The notes beneath the pieces were generated by a model. It was not told the origin of the DNA and did no database searches. It was given only the letters and a program-made list of their open reading frames with translations. From positions 32,001 through 96,000 of IMG/VR virus record IMGVR_UViG_2687453341_000003: a stretch of DNA of 64,000 nucleotides; one strand, written 5' to 3'. The position numbers and the translations under genes were made by a program. Below are positions 17,448-27,238 of the stretch, one piece after another. The first letter of the stretch is position 1; every line of letters starts with the position of its first letter. This DNA is from a virus. Lineage: Duplodnaviria; Caudoviricetes.

Positions 17448-19300
17448 TACTTAACAGCCTTTCCTGCTGGGGTGCTGCCCGGATTGGAAGAAGACGCAGC
17501 AGAGCCTTTGCCGGGCGCAGGGCTCTGTGCGGTTGAATTTGATGTGTTGCCGCTGAATGCCGAATTGAAAGCGGCATAGCTCAGTGGCAGCATTTCTGGC
17601 AAGCGACCCGTGCGATCGCCGGCTTCGTAAGTGGGATGCGGCTTGGTTCGGAGCACGCGATCGACAACAAGATTGCCTGCAGCGTCCTTACGCGAGACCG
17701 AGTCACCGTAGAGGATGATGTCGACTAGGCCCAACACAACGTTGCGAGCCCGATCAGGCAAGCTTGGGGTCGTTTTGGTGTATTCCCCGGTTCGCGTTTC
17801 AATTGTCTTGTCGACGGCATGCGAAATGAGAATCAAGCCGTATGGCAAACTAGCCAAACGCGTCAGTACTCGATGCCATTCGTTCTTGACCAGAGCCCAG
17901 CCTTTGCCGTGGCCCATGTCCCCTTCGTACTCGATGCCATGTTTGGCACAGACATAGTCCGAGCACATCTTGAAGGCGTTGTCGACCGTGTCGATCACCA
18001 ACGTCTTGAAGTTGTGATCACCCTTGGCGATGAGTTTGCAAGCTTCCAGGAATGTTTCCCACGAATAGGTTGGCACCTTGAACACTTCCAAGTGATTAAG
18101 ACCTGGCTCGCATTCGAAGAACATCGCCTCCGGGAATTGGGAAGCAAAACTCGAGTTATGAACGACGAAGTCGTTGGCTACGAAGTTATGAGTGTCCGGA
18201 ATTGTGAGATCGTAGATTCGACCGGTGCCCAATGGAACAATACTCTTGATGCGATCAAAAAGTATGTTCCCCTGACGATCTAACTGTGTTGAAGCGGCGC
18301 GAATGGAGTATAAGCCTTGGCGAAGTTGCTCAGCCGCGATTTGCTTCTCGCCAAATACACCGATGTCGTCCAGAAATCGCAAGATGTCTTCTTTGGCGGC
18401 GATGTACAGCTCTGCGCCGTACAGCTCACCATCGATAAATCGATCTCGCATGAGACTGACGATTCCAAATCGCAGTAGCAGATGCTGAACCTGTCTCACC
18501 ATTCGAATTGACTTCGAACTGTATGAGACCTTTTTCTTTTCGACCGAACCATCACAGCTAAACAAGCGATTCAAAAAGAGTGCCATTCGCTCTCGTTGAA
18601 GACCGAATACAAAATCGGGAATGAATTTATCGCCAGATCGCAAGCCGTCGATGCCATGTTCTCGAATGAATCGCAAGACATTATTGCGACCAATACGCCC
18701 ACCCTTCACTCGCACCTGTGGGATGCCTTGATCATTGACGAACTCAAGGAATTCATCGCCAATCGATTCAACGGCCTGCTTGAAATCTTCGCGAACTTCT
18801 TCGTCAACCTTCGTAAATACTGGACTCGTACCGCCGAGGCTCCCATCAGCTAAGAGGTAAGCCAGGACTTTGAGAAATTCGGGTTCTGTCCGGACTGTAC
18901 CGAACAGTGACGAATACTCAGCGACGACACCGATTTTGTCATTCTCTTTCAATACGCTTAGCGGTGCCCATCCTTCGCGGGTTAAGAAGGGATGCTCAGC
19001 AGTCGCATCGATAGTGCGGCCTGACTGCGTCGTGATCCGAAACAACATGGCTTCGCCGTTGTCGATGTAGTCGGTTGGATCAGCTGACTTGATGATGCCG
19101 GCCATCCCCATCGATAAGACTGTGCCTTCCTTGCTGGTCACAAGGTCTGCCAAGGTAACTGGCTGCCCAGAAGTTGGGTCATATAGGACTGTATTGCCAG
19201 CGAGACACTTGCCTAGTTTTGGAACGCCATAGAGCAAGATCGACTGCTTTGCCAAGTCGGTGGTCGGCCTGGTCTTGGCTGTTGGTAGAGTCAGTGTCAT
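17447..19300 (-). CDS. AAA_24 (Sak4-like) ATPase containing an intein
   Basis: LLYGVPKLGK|intein|SSFASQF, TLVIDTVD, LILISHA; predicted spliced product 266 aa. Confidence 0.88.
   Translation of the reverse strand: MTLTLPTAKTRPTTDLAKQSILLYGVPKLGKCLAGNTVLYDPTSGQPVTLADLVTSKEGTVLSMGMAGIIKSADPTDYIDNGEAMLFRITTQSGRTIDATAEHPFLTREGWAPLSVLKENDKIGVVAEYSSLFGTVRTEPEFLKVLAYLLADGSLGGTSPVFTKVDEEVREDFKQAVESIGDEFLEFVNDQGIPQVRVKGGRIGRNNVLRFIREHGIDGLRSGDKFIPDFVFGLQRERMALFLNRLFSCDGSVEKKKVSYSSKSIRMVRQVQHLLLRFGIVSLMRDRFIDGELYGAELYIAAKEDILRFLDDIGVFGEKQIAAEQLRQGLYSIRAASTQLDRQGNILFDRIKSIVPLGTGRIYDLTIPDTHNFVANDFVVHNSSFASQFPEAMFFECEPGLNHLEVFKVPTYSWETFLEACKLIAKGDHNFKTLVIDTVDNAFKMCSDYVCAKHGIEYEGDMGHGKGWALVKNEWHRVLTRLASLPYGLILISHAVDKTIETRTGEYTKTTPSLPDRARNVVLGLVDIILYGDSVSRKDAAGNLVVDRVLRTKPHPTYEAGDRTGRLPEMLPLSYAAFNSAFSGNTSNSTAQSPAPGKGSAASSSNPGSTPAGKAVK
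18155..19207 (-). mobile_element. Intein (351 aa) with LAGLIDADG homing endonuclease
   Basis: Starts CLAGNT; block B ATAEHPFL; LAYLLADG and LNRLFSCDG; ends YDLTIPDTHNFVANDFVVHN followed by Ser. Confidence 0.95.
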
Positions 19301-19320
19301 AAATGAGAATTCCTTTCAAA

Positions 19321-20367
19321 TCAGAACGGGGGTGCTTCAGAATCAACACGAGATAGCTCTTCGTTAGGGAGAGCGATCTCGTACAGGTTGTCAGCGACGT
19401 TTGGATTGAATCCCGACTGGCAATACGCTAAGTACTCGCAGGGTCGTTGGTACGAGAAACAGTTCGAGGTATTCAGCAGCCATTTGCCACGTCGGCGGGC
19501 ATCGAGGTATTGCTGCGTGATCTCCCAGACCTCGTCTTGCAACATGGCGAGACGGTCTTCGGAGAGATAAATGAACTCGCGATGGAAGGCCTCGGGACGG
19601 GAATACCATTCCGTTAGCCGGACTTGGAACTCATCGTCGGTCTCAGGCATCTGCCGCTTGGCGGTTGACTTGCCGCTCTTGTTCTTGGCTGCCAATTCGG
19701 CTTTGCGAGCCTCGTACTCTTCCTGCGTTTCGCCTTTCCCTTGCTTGAGCCGACTCTTGAGCAACACGTTGTAGATGACGCCCACGATCGGATAGCCCAA
19801 CTCTCGTAGGTAATGGCAGTACAAGGCGATTTGAGTGTCGGTCCACAGTTTATCGAGATAGCTCGAATCAACCGTGGATGCCGTTTTATGCTCAATCAGG
19901 TACAAACCATCGTGGCAATGAACGATGCCATCAACCTTGCCAGCGATACGGAATGTTTGACTTTGCCGACCCGTATCAGGGTTGCGGATCTCGCCGACGA
20001 ACTCCTTTTCCACTTCGACAATCTCGAACTCTTCGATTGCATAGCGTTCGGCGTAGCCACGGATCATCGCCGTTGCTAGATGCCACTGAACCATCTGGTT
20101 CGAATCAGCGAGGCGATCTTCAAAAGCATCATCAATGTACGTGAGCACATCGCGTAGCCGCGATTCCGCATTTTGCGACCGATACCAAAGCTCGATCGCC
20201 GTATGGATAACGCTCCCGAACGACAACGCCTCTGCACGCTCACGCGGTCGCAATTTATCGAGATAGCGGTTCTTATACTTTCTTGGACAATTGCGAAACG
20301 TATTCAGCGCTGAATAGGTCAGTAGCGTCTTGTCGTTCGCAGCGGATGGCGCAATAACTTGAGACAT
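19321..20367 (-). CDS. PD-(D/E)XK (RecB/Cas4-like) exonuclease
   Basis: TYSALNTFRNCPRKY, FGSVIH, VEKEF, AGKVDGI, LIEHKT, QIALY, C-terminal C..CEY...C. Confidence 0.9.
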   Translation of the reverse strand: MSQVIAPSAANDKTLLTYSALNTFRNCPRKYKNRYLDKLRPRERAEALSFGSVIHTAIELWYRSQNAESRLRDVLTYIDDAFEDRLADSNQMVQWHLATAMIRGYAERYAIEEFEIVEVEKEFVGEIRNPDTGRQSQTFRIAGKVDGIVHCHDGLYLIEHKTASTVDSSYLDKLWTDTQIALYCHYLRELGYPIVGVIYNVLLKSRLKQGKGETQEEYEARKAELAAKNKSGKSTAKRQMPETDDEFQVRLTEWYSRPEAFHREFIYLSEDRLAMLQDEVWEITQQYLDARRRGKWLLNTSNCFSYQRPCEYLAYCQSGFNPNVADNLYEIALPNEELSRVDSEAPPF

Positions 20368-20390
20368 GGTTTTTCCGTTACAGAATCGGG

Positions 20391-20630
20391 CTAATTGAAT
20401 TGGGAATCGGTGTTAGTCACTTCGTATATGCATGGCTCTTCAATGATGATTCCATTCAGTCGCTTCACGCCACGCTCAAGAGCCAGCTGCGCTTCGCTAA
20501 CTTTCAGTGATGCGTTGATTCGCGCACAGTCTCGGCAGATGCGGTTTCCAGCGCCGCTTGATCGAAACTCTTGATTGCACTTGAGGCAGCGTCGTTCTCC
20601 GGGATCGGTTGGTCGTAATGGCTTGTTCAC
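20391..20630 (-). CDS. Small Zn-finger protein
   Basis: RRCLKCNQEFRSSGAGNRICRDC. Confidence 0.75.
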   Translation of the reverse strand: MNKPLRPTDPGERRCLKCNQEFRSSGAGNRICRDCARINASLKVSEAQLALERGVKRLNGIIIEEPCIYEVTNTDSQFN

Positions 20631-20678
20631 GGTGTCACTTTCAAGAGGCAGGGATGAGGACGCGAATCAACCAGGCAG

Positions 20679-20939
20679 CTAGAGCAGCTCGAGTTCCTCG
20701 ACCTCGAAGTTGCGTTCCTGGTCGGAAGTGACCAAGTAATGCTTGAAGTCGATCTTGGTAACGAAGCGGCTTGGCTCAACCAGTTGGTCTCTCAGTCCCG
20801 AACACGCTTCGTTGAACTCCCTGGATGCTGCTTCGAAATGCTCAACAGCACGCAGGTACCGTCCGACTGCACGGGAAACGTTGACACGGGTCTCGACATT
20901 GGTTGTGGATGCTGACATGGATCTCTTCATTGCAGTCAC
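20679..20939 (-). CDS. Hypothetical protein
   Basis: 86 aa; first gene after a motif copy; start uncertain. Confidence 0.7.
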   Translation of the reverse strand: MTAMKRSMSASTTNVETRVNVSRAVGRYLRAVEHFEAASREFNEACSGLRDQLVEPSRFVTKIDFKHYLVTSDQERNFEVEELELL

Positions 20940-20972
20940 TTGGGAATGGTGGGTTGATTTGCCCTCTACCTC

Positions 20973-21007
20973 TTGAACTACTCAGCAAAGTGGCAAACTG
21001 GCGAAAG
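20973..21007 (-). promoter_or_regulatory. Bipartite motif, copy 3
   Basis: Nearly identical to the 3280-3323 copy, including flanking CTCTACC and GCAAACTGGCGAAAG. Confidence 0.7.
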
Positions 21008-21021
21008 ACTTTCAAAACTTT

Positions 21022-21615
21022 TCAGGCGATGTACTCGCGGAGTCCTTCTGCCTCGAATTGATCGGCGATCTGCCGGATCCAGCATCGAAGGGTCGACCTT
21101 GGGACGCCCATGAGTTCCGCCACCCGAGGTAGGGAGTGTGTTTTTCGCAATTCAAGCATCTGTTGCCATTGTTCAGGCAGTCGAGAAATCGCGATGGCAA
21201 GATCGGAAGCCAAGTCTTTCAATTCGTTGACCGGCTTGCGGTCGATTTGCAACCTGGCGTCACAGATCGACTCATCGAGCGTGTACTGCAAATCGATGGG
21301 ACTCTCACCGGGAATGGGTACAGGCACATTCAATGACTGGATTTGACTCTGGCCTTTGAACAGAGACGCACCGTCCCTGATCAGTGTGCTGGTTTGTCGT
21401 TCAACGACGGTGGTAACAAAAACGTTTCGGTGAGCGATCTGCGGGTCAAATGAGGGCATTGCCTCTATGACCTTTGTCAGAAGAGCGTGCTCGATCGATT
21501 CTAGATCCTGCTCTGAAAAGCCAGCCCTCTTCACGATCTGCATTGCTTTGCGGCGAATGATGCCGCGGGTGAACTTGTCGTTGATAACATCAAATGACTG
21601 GGACATGCGTGCCAT
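21022..21615 (-). CDS. ECF/sigma-70-like factor
   Basis: Region 2-like DLESIEHALL..FDPQIAHRNVFVTTVV; region 4 AISRLPE..SLPRVAELMGVPRSTL. Confidence 0.75.
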   Translation of the reverse strand: MARMSQSFDVINDKFTRGIIRRKAMQIVKRAGFSEQDLESIEHALLTKVIEAMPSFDPQIAHRNVFVTTVVERQTSTLIRDGASLFKGQSQIQSLNVPVPIPGESPIDLQYTLDESICDARLQIDRKPVNELKDLASDLAIAISRLPEQWQQMLELRKTHSLPRVAELMGVPRSTLRCWIRQIADQFEAEGLREYIA

Positions 21616-21740
21616 TCCTTGGCCGGCACACCAGCACAGCGTCCTAGCGACAGACCGTCCCGAAGGGCTTGGAAGCGGTGCTGATCTGCTGCGGCAAGGG
21701 AGACTTGTCGAAGCGTCGTTGGCCTGTCGCTCATGACTGA

Positions 21741-21871
21741 CGACATGTCGCTGCTAAGCCGAAGAATCTCGAAAGTTGCTTGGCAGGTAATGAATTGGAC
21801 AGCGAAATCGCGAGGCTTTCGAAGATAGGAAAATCCAAGAAATCTGCGAACGACTCAGCGACATGTCGCTG
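21741..21871. promoter_or_regulatory. Two operator-like palindromes upstream of the sigma gene
   Basis: CGACATGTCG at 21741-21750 and CAGCGACATGTCGCTG at 21856-21871. Confidence 0.55.
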
Positions 21872-21883
21872 CGACAAGCCAGG

Positions 21884-22936
21884 TCAGGGTTCTGGATCGA
21901 GAGCAAAAAGAGTCTGCCAACCGCAGCGATCGGGCATCCAACGAATCGGATCGTCGGAAATGCCGAAGAACTCACAAAGCGTTTCGCTAAGCCGTTCTTT
22001 ACGTTTCTGGTTTTGACGGCTGGCACCAGGTGATGTCCAAGTCAACGTGCCATAGCTTTTCGCAAACGCTCGCAACAATTCCCATTGAACATTCGAGCGT
22101 TTGTTGCCAGCCCGGGAGAACCCCATCTCGGTAAAGTGGTAGCGACCAACCACACCATTGGCTGTAATGGAAACAGTATCAATATCCAGAAACCGAATTT
22201 TGATTGCTGACCAGGAACAATTTGGTGGAGTTGGGAATCCTGGCGCGGTGATTTTGGCTGATTGCTTCGGCAGAAACTGCTGTAGAAAGGACGTGATGCT
22301 CTCCAGAACCGGTTGGGTAAACGCAATCGCGTTCGATTCCGTAGGCTGAGTTACCTCGGCAAGAGATAGCAACAAACCGCGCCGTTCATGCAACAGACGA
22401 CCACAAAGAGAGTCGATCGGTTTGGTTCGTAGACGCAACACTACAAACGGCTGATTCGTTTGGTCGCCTATGGTAGTTAGAGTGTCCAACAATGGCCCTG
22501 ACGCTAAGAACAGAGGGAACGCGAATCCCATTTGTGGATGCGCAGTCCCCCAATGCCAAACTGACCTCGTGCACGCAGAGGTTGCCGAGCGATGAAAACC
22601 ACTTTGACAGCAGAGTGAATCGGCCACTCGCACCCAATCGATTCCAAAGACTGTAACTTCAGCACGGTCAATGGATCGGCTACGATGCGAGTCCTCATCG
22701 TAGATCAAATATCGATAAGGCTCATCTTCTGCAACTTTGAGCCATCGGCTCCTATCTCCCTGCCATGGAACCGCGCTGGCAACCTCCTGAGTGGGAACGA
22801 GCCAGCGTCTGGCTTGTTCGAAATCAGTATCTAAGAGGATCCGCCAGTGTGCGAGAGACGTTCGCTGCTCAGGCACCGCGGCTGCTGTGAGCCAAAGACG
22901 CTCCACCCAGCTTGAATGGCACAATGATTTTGCCAT
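21884..22936 (-). CDS. Hypothetical protein with C-terminal winged-helix-like region
   Basis: 350 aa ORF, overlapping the upstream gene. Confidence 0.75.
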   Translation of the reverse strand: MAKSLCHSSWVERLWLTAAAVPEQRTSLAHWRILLDTDFEQARRWLVPTQEVASAVPWQGDRSRWLKVAEDEPYRYLIYDEDSHRSRSIDRAEVTVFGIDWVRVADSLCCQSGFHRSATSACTRSVWHWGTAHPQMGFAFPLFLASGPLLDTLTTIGDQTNQPFVVLRLRTKPIDSLCGRLLHERRGLLLSLAEVTQPTESNAIAFTQPVLESITSFLQQFLPKQSAKITAPGFPTPPNCSWSAIKIRFLDIDTVSITANGVVGRYHFTEMGFSRAGNKRSNVQWELLRAFAKSYGTLTWTSPGASRQNQKRKERLSETLCEFFGISDDPIRWMPDRCGWQTLFALDPEP

Positions 22937-24083
22937 TGGTAAATCCTCGATCGTTCAGAAACAACTCGATAATGTCCGCATCACCATCGCGGGTGTAGAC
23001 GGCGATATTCGGCGGCTTAATCGTTACCGATCGAGTTCTTCTTCCATCGATGAACCGCAATTCAATCCTGGCTTCTACGATTCGAACATCGATATCCAGA
23101 CCCTCGTAGTACGCGATCCGTTCATCGAGGATATCAATCAAGTTATCTCGCTTCATTGTGACCAGTTCCGGCTTCGCGCCCGCGATGAAGAGGGTCACTG
23201 ACGTCAGTGTTGCTGAAAGTAGTTCAGGTACGTTGACCACGGACAACGCAGCCTCGCTATTCTGTCGCAGTGGTTCGGTCGTCCAGATGTCACCTGGCGG
23301 GAACAAATTTTCGTCACCGAAGAAGAATCTGCCAAATGAGGAACGATACATCTCCTTCTGAATCGCAGTTACAGCATTGATTTTCAACTCACCGGTTAGT
23401 CGATTGAACTGCAGCAAATCTTCATGCAATGGCTGAAAACTCAAGATGTCGCGTACTCCATCGACTAAGACATCTTGTAATTGCCAAGGCCTACCATGGC
23501 TAACCGTGAGATCGAGGGAATCGCCGCTCAGCAGCATCGCCGCATGGGTACCACGGCCGCACTTTTTTGATTCAAAGTACGATCCAACGGCACTCTCAAA
23601 AGCAACGCGGCATCGTTCCAGTGGCTCTTGCAAGCTTGGTACAAAATCACTGTTTGCTTGAAAGTACGAGTACGTTCGCCGAGTCGCTAACGACTGCAGG
23701 CGATGAATCGTCTCGACATGGTCACGATGCCGAAGGATTGCTTCAACCGCTACATCGGCAGGCATGATTCTTTCGTCACGATGAAAGGCTTCGGCTAACT
23801 CGTCGATCTGATGGAGCAGGGTTTCCATCATTGATTCGCGAGCCAACTCATTGACCATGTGTACCGCACGCATCAATTCGGCGGGTGTCTGACCGTCGGG
23901 AGCTCTAAGTATCTGGCCCAAGAGCTCGAACTGTGAATCGGTTAGCTTGCTTCCTAGTGGAAGCTCTAGGCCTCGTGAGGCGATATATTCTTTGTGGGGC
24001 GAGAGAAACTTCAATAACCGATCGTTTTGGACGGATTTCAGCACTCGCAAGTTGGTAAATCGTTGGTACTTGGCTGTGGTCAT
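22869..24083 (-). CDS. Hypothetical protein
   Basis: 404 aa ORF with globular composition. Confidence 0.8.
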   Translation of the reverse strand: MTTAKYQRFTNLRVLKSVQNDRLLKFLSPHKEYIASRGLELPLGSKLTDSQFELLGQILRAPDGQTPAELMRAVHMVNELARESMMETLLHQIDELAEAFHRDERIMPADVAVEAILRHRDHVETIHRLQSLATRRTYSYFQANSDFVPSLQEPLERCRVAFESAVGSYFESKKCGRGTHAAMLLSGDSLDLTVSHGRPWQLQDVLVDGVRDILSFQPLHEDLLQFNRLTGELKINAVTAIQKEMYRSSFGRFFFGDENLFPPGDIWTTEPLRQNSEAALSVVNVPELLSATLTSVTLFIAGAKPELVTMKRDNLIDILDERIAYYEGLDIDVRIVEARIELRFIDGRRTRSVTIKPPNIAVYTRDGDADIIELFLNDRGFTNGKIIVPFKLGGASLAHSSRGA

Positions 24084-24305
24084 GTGATGCTCGAAAAAAA
24101 TTAGTAGATCATGCGTACTTCCATGGGAAAAATAGGATTCCAGTGACTCCGACTAACTGGCAAGATGCCGATTGAGGAAGGGTCGACGGCGGTTCCACCA
24201 CCGTGCGCTCCTGTAGCTTGCGTCCATTCGCTTCATCCTTGGCCATGCTCCTGATGCCTTCCTAGCGATCGACCCTTTGCTCAATCTGCAATTGCTAGCA
24301 TTGCA

Positions 24306-24734
24306 TTACGATGTGACACGACTGGTCAGCATCTTCCAAAAACTTTCCATTTCTTCCGGAGTCGCATCCTCGCAATTTATCCTCAAGAGACTCTGTCCAC
24401 CTTTGGGTTCCACCTTTACACGCAATCCAGAACTCGACTCGGAAGAGTAGACCCAATTCTCTGAATCGCAGAGAGAGAACGTTTCAGGCAGTCTAAACGC
24501 GGGGCATTTCTCCGTGAGCAAGTCATCGACATCGCAACCTAGGAAATCGGCGATGTCATAGACCACATCTCGGCCAACCTCGCTAAATTCGCCGCGTTCG
24601 ATTCTTCTCCAATCTTCCTGCAAGTTGGACTCGCGAACGCAATCTTCTAGCCGGTACCTTGCGATCTCGCGGAACTTTCGCACCTTAGCGCGATCGAGTT
24701 TAGGTGCATTGTCAGTTGTTGAGGCTTGAGCCAT
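24306..24734 (-). CDS. XRE-like HTH regulator
   Basis: WRRIERGE...YDIADFLGCDVDDL; GGAG RBS before ATG 24734. Confidence 0.65.
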   Translation of the reverse strand: MAQASTTDNAPKLDRAKVRKFREIARYRLEDCVRESNLQEDWRRIERGEFSEVGRDVVYDIADFLGCDVDDLLTEKCPAFRLPETFSLCDSENWVYSSESSSGLRVKVEPKGGQSLLRINCEDATPEEMESFWKMLTSRVTS

Positions 24735-24860
24735 TTCGGAACTCTCCAAGTGAATGGTGACGGGAACAAAAACGCTAATCTTCGACACCGCTTTGACTCC
24801 TCTGGTCACAGCTCTTTGGAAAATCGAAAAATCGCCGTTTTCAAGAATTTTGGCGCTCAT

Positions 24861-24894
24861 CGTTGCCAGTTCCTTCTCGTGCTGAGTAGTTCAA
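24861..24894 (+). promoter_or_regulatory. Bipartite motif, copy 4
   Basis: TTGCCAGT-N12-TGAGTAGTTCAAG upstream of the recombinase operon. Confidence 0.65.
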
Positions 24895-24945
24895 GGAGTA
24901 GGGGCTTGTGTTAAACGGAGTCTATGTAGCCGAATCGGAACCTTG

Positions 24946-25116
24946 ATGAGCAAACTGACCGAACTATCGACATTGAGCGTCGAGACTAGACGCCTTGAGC
25001 TTGCGAAGGTGCTTGCTGCAGGCTTGATCCGCACTCTGTTGAAGAAGGTATCCAACGCAACGGAAGAGGACAAAGAAACCCGACAATCTCCCGACGATGG
25101 GCTTGAAGATTCTTGA
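24946..25116 (+). CDS. Small 56-aa ORF upstream of DUF2924 (not in ORF track)
   Basis: Hand translation MSKLTELSTLSVETRRLELAKVLAAGLIRTLLKK... Confidence 0.5.
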   Translation: MSKLTELSTLSVETRRLELAKVLAAGLIRTLLKKVSNATEEDKETRQSPDDGLEDS

Positions 25117-25190
25117 GAACTACCGCTCAGTGTGTCCACACGGGTTAACTACCGTCTTAGTTCTCAACCATTTACCAAGTCGAGGTAAGA

Positions 25191-25679
25191 ATGAACATCG
25201 ATCGGGAAGTCGCACTCATGAAGCTCATGAGCGTGGGTGAGCTTCGCAAGAAATATTGCGAAGTCTTCAAAGAGCCAACCAATGCGCGAAATAAGGTTTG
25301 GCTCATCAAACGGATCGCTTGGCGTATGCAGGCGAATATCGAAGGAGATCTCTCCGAACGAGCGAGGCGTCGGGCCATGGAGATTGCAAACGACGCGGAC
25401 ATACGCATGATGCCACCACGCGAACGGAAGCCGCGTGAGTTTGTCCAGCAGCCGAATACGGTTGTCGTGAATGTTGATTCCAAGCCGACTCGTAGTCTGT
25501 CGGTAGGCCAGTCCCTCCAGCGGATTTACAAAGGGCAGAACATTGTTGTGGTCGTCCGAGGCGATGGCTTCGAATGGCAAGGGCAGAAGTACAAGTCTCT
25601 TACCGCCGTTGCCAAGGCCGTGACTGGTAAACACTGGAACGGCTTCAACTTCTTTCGCGTTGATGGGGGCAAAGCCTAA
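25191..25679 (+). CDS. DUF2924 protein
   Basis: WLIKRIAWRMQANIEGDLSERA, YKSLTAVAKAVTGKHWNGFNFF. Confidence 0.9.
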   Translation: MNIDREVALMKLMSVGELRKKYCEVFKEPTNARNKVWLIKRIAWRMQANIEGDLSERARRRAMEIANDADIRMMPPRERKPREFVQQPNTVVVNVDSKPTRSLSVGQSLQRIYKGQNIVVVVRGDGFEWQGQKYKSLTAVAKAVTGKHWNGFNFFRVDGGKA

Positions 25680-27238
25680 TGTCGAACAAACATTCTGCAA
25701 AACCCGAAGCGAGGAAGACCTGTCGCTGTGCCATCTACACTCGCAAATCGACCGAAGAGGGATTGGAGCAAGAGTTCAATTCCCTGGATGCGCAGCGAGA
25801 AGCTGGCGAGCTCTACGTCAAGAGCCAGAAGCATGAAGGCTGGGAATGCCTCGAGACCAAGTACGACGACGGTGGATTCACCGGTGCAAATATGGATCGC
25901 CCGGGTCTTCGACGGTTACTGGCTGACATCGCTGCCGGCAAGATCGACTGCGTTGTCGTCTATAAGGTCGACCGTCTCAGTCGAAGTCTGCTTGATTTCG
26001 CGAAAATCATCGAGGTCTTCGACCGTCATCAAGTCACGTTTGTGAGTGTAACACAGTCATTCAATACCGCCTCTTCAATGGGCCGATTGACGCTCAATGT
26101 TCTTTTGTCATTTGCTCAATTCGAACGCGATATGATCAGCGAGCGAACACGCGACAAGATGCGGGCAGCTCGGCGCAAGGGGCGTTGGATTGGAGGCAAG
26201 CCGATCCTTGGCTACAACGTTGTCAACACGAAGCTGGTCGTTGATCCTCTCGAATCGCTACAAGTTCAAGAGATCTTCAAATTGTACTTAGAAATGAAAT
26301 CGACTCTGCAGGTTGCACGGGTGTTGAACCAACGTGGTTGGCGAATCAAAGAGTGGACCACCAAGAAGGGTAGGACGATCGGTGGCGGTGAGTTCAACAA
26401 GAACAAGGTCACAGCCATCCTGACCAACGCGACTTACATCGGTATGATCGAGTACGAGGGCCAGCTCCATCCTGGCCTCCAAGATGCCATCATCAAGCGA
26501 GATTTATTCGACCGAGTCCAGGAGATCCTAAAGCTGAACAGCCGCATGAAGAAAGACCTCATGCGATGCAAGCACAATGCTTTGCTGCAGGGACTACTTC
26601 GCTGCGCTGCCTGCAATTGTGGGATGAGCCATTCGTACACAAAGAAAGGCTCGACTCTTTATCGCTACTACATTTGTCACAAAGCGCAAAAGCAAGGCTG
26701 GGCAAGTTGCCCATCACCATCGCTTCCAGCTGCTGAGATCGAAAATTTCGTGATTGACCAAATACGAAGCGTTGGTCAAGACCCTGGCGTTGTTCGCGAT
26801 ACGTTGGCCCAGAGTCGCGTCCAAACTCAGACGACCGTAGAACGACTCAAGAAAGAAAAGAACGCGTTGGAACGGGCAATCCTTGGCCACTATGAGCGAC
26901 TGAACCAAGCGATCGCGGACGGTGCCAACGAGTCGGCGGTTGCCGATATCCAAGACCAGATTCGCGAGAAGGAACAACGGGTATCCGAGGTCGTTGACGA
27001 GATGACCTCCGTATCCAGCCTGATGATCGATGAGTCGGACGTCCGCGAGTCGCTCGGTCGGTTCCAAGAAGTCTGGGCAGCGTTGTCTCCTGCCGAGAAA
27101 GCCAAAGCCATCCGCCAGATCGTCGATTCGATTCAGTACGACGGTCATAGCAAAGAGCTGTCCATCTCCTACCACCCGATCGGGATCAGAACATTCAGTC
27201 AAGAACAGCAAAGTAAAGTGGGAGCAGGCACATGCTAA
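25679..27238 (+). CDS. Large serine recombinase
   Basis: CAIYTRKST, YDDGGFTG, VVVYKVDRLSRS, Zn ribbon CAACNC and YYIC, coiled coil. Confidence 0.95.
   Translation: MSNKHSAKPEARKTCRCAIYTRKSTEEGLEQEFNSLDAQREAGELYVKSQKHEGWECLETKYDDGGFTGANMDRPGLRRLLADIAAGKIDCVVVYKVDRLSRSLLDFAKIIEVFDRHQVTFVSVTQSFNTASSMGRLTLNVLLSFAQFERDMISERTRDKMRAARRKGRWIGGKPILGYNVVNTKLVVDPLESLQVQEIFKLYLEMKSTLQVARVLNQRGWRIKEWTTKKGRTIGGGEFNKNKVTAILTNATYIGMIEYEGQLHPGLQDAIIKRDLFDRVQEILKLNSRMKKDLMRCKHNALLQGLLRCAACNCGMSHSYTKKGSTLYRYYICHKAQKQGWASCPSPSLPAAEIENFVIDQIRSVGQDPGVVRDTLAQSRVQTQTTVERLKKEKNALERAILGHYERLNQAIADGANESAVADIQDQIREKEQRVSEVVDEMTSVSSLMIDESDVRESLGRFQEVWAALSPAEKAKAIRQIVDSIQYDGHSKELSISYHPIGIRTFSQEQQSKVGAGTC

Noticed and set aside
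19321-20367. Cas4 or CRISPR system
   Set aside because: No repeat-spacer array or other cas genes; the context is a phage recombination module.
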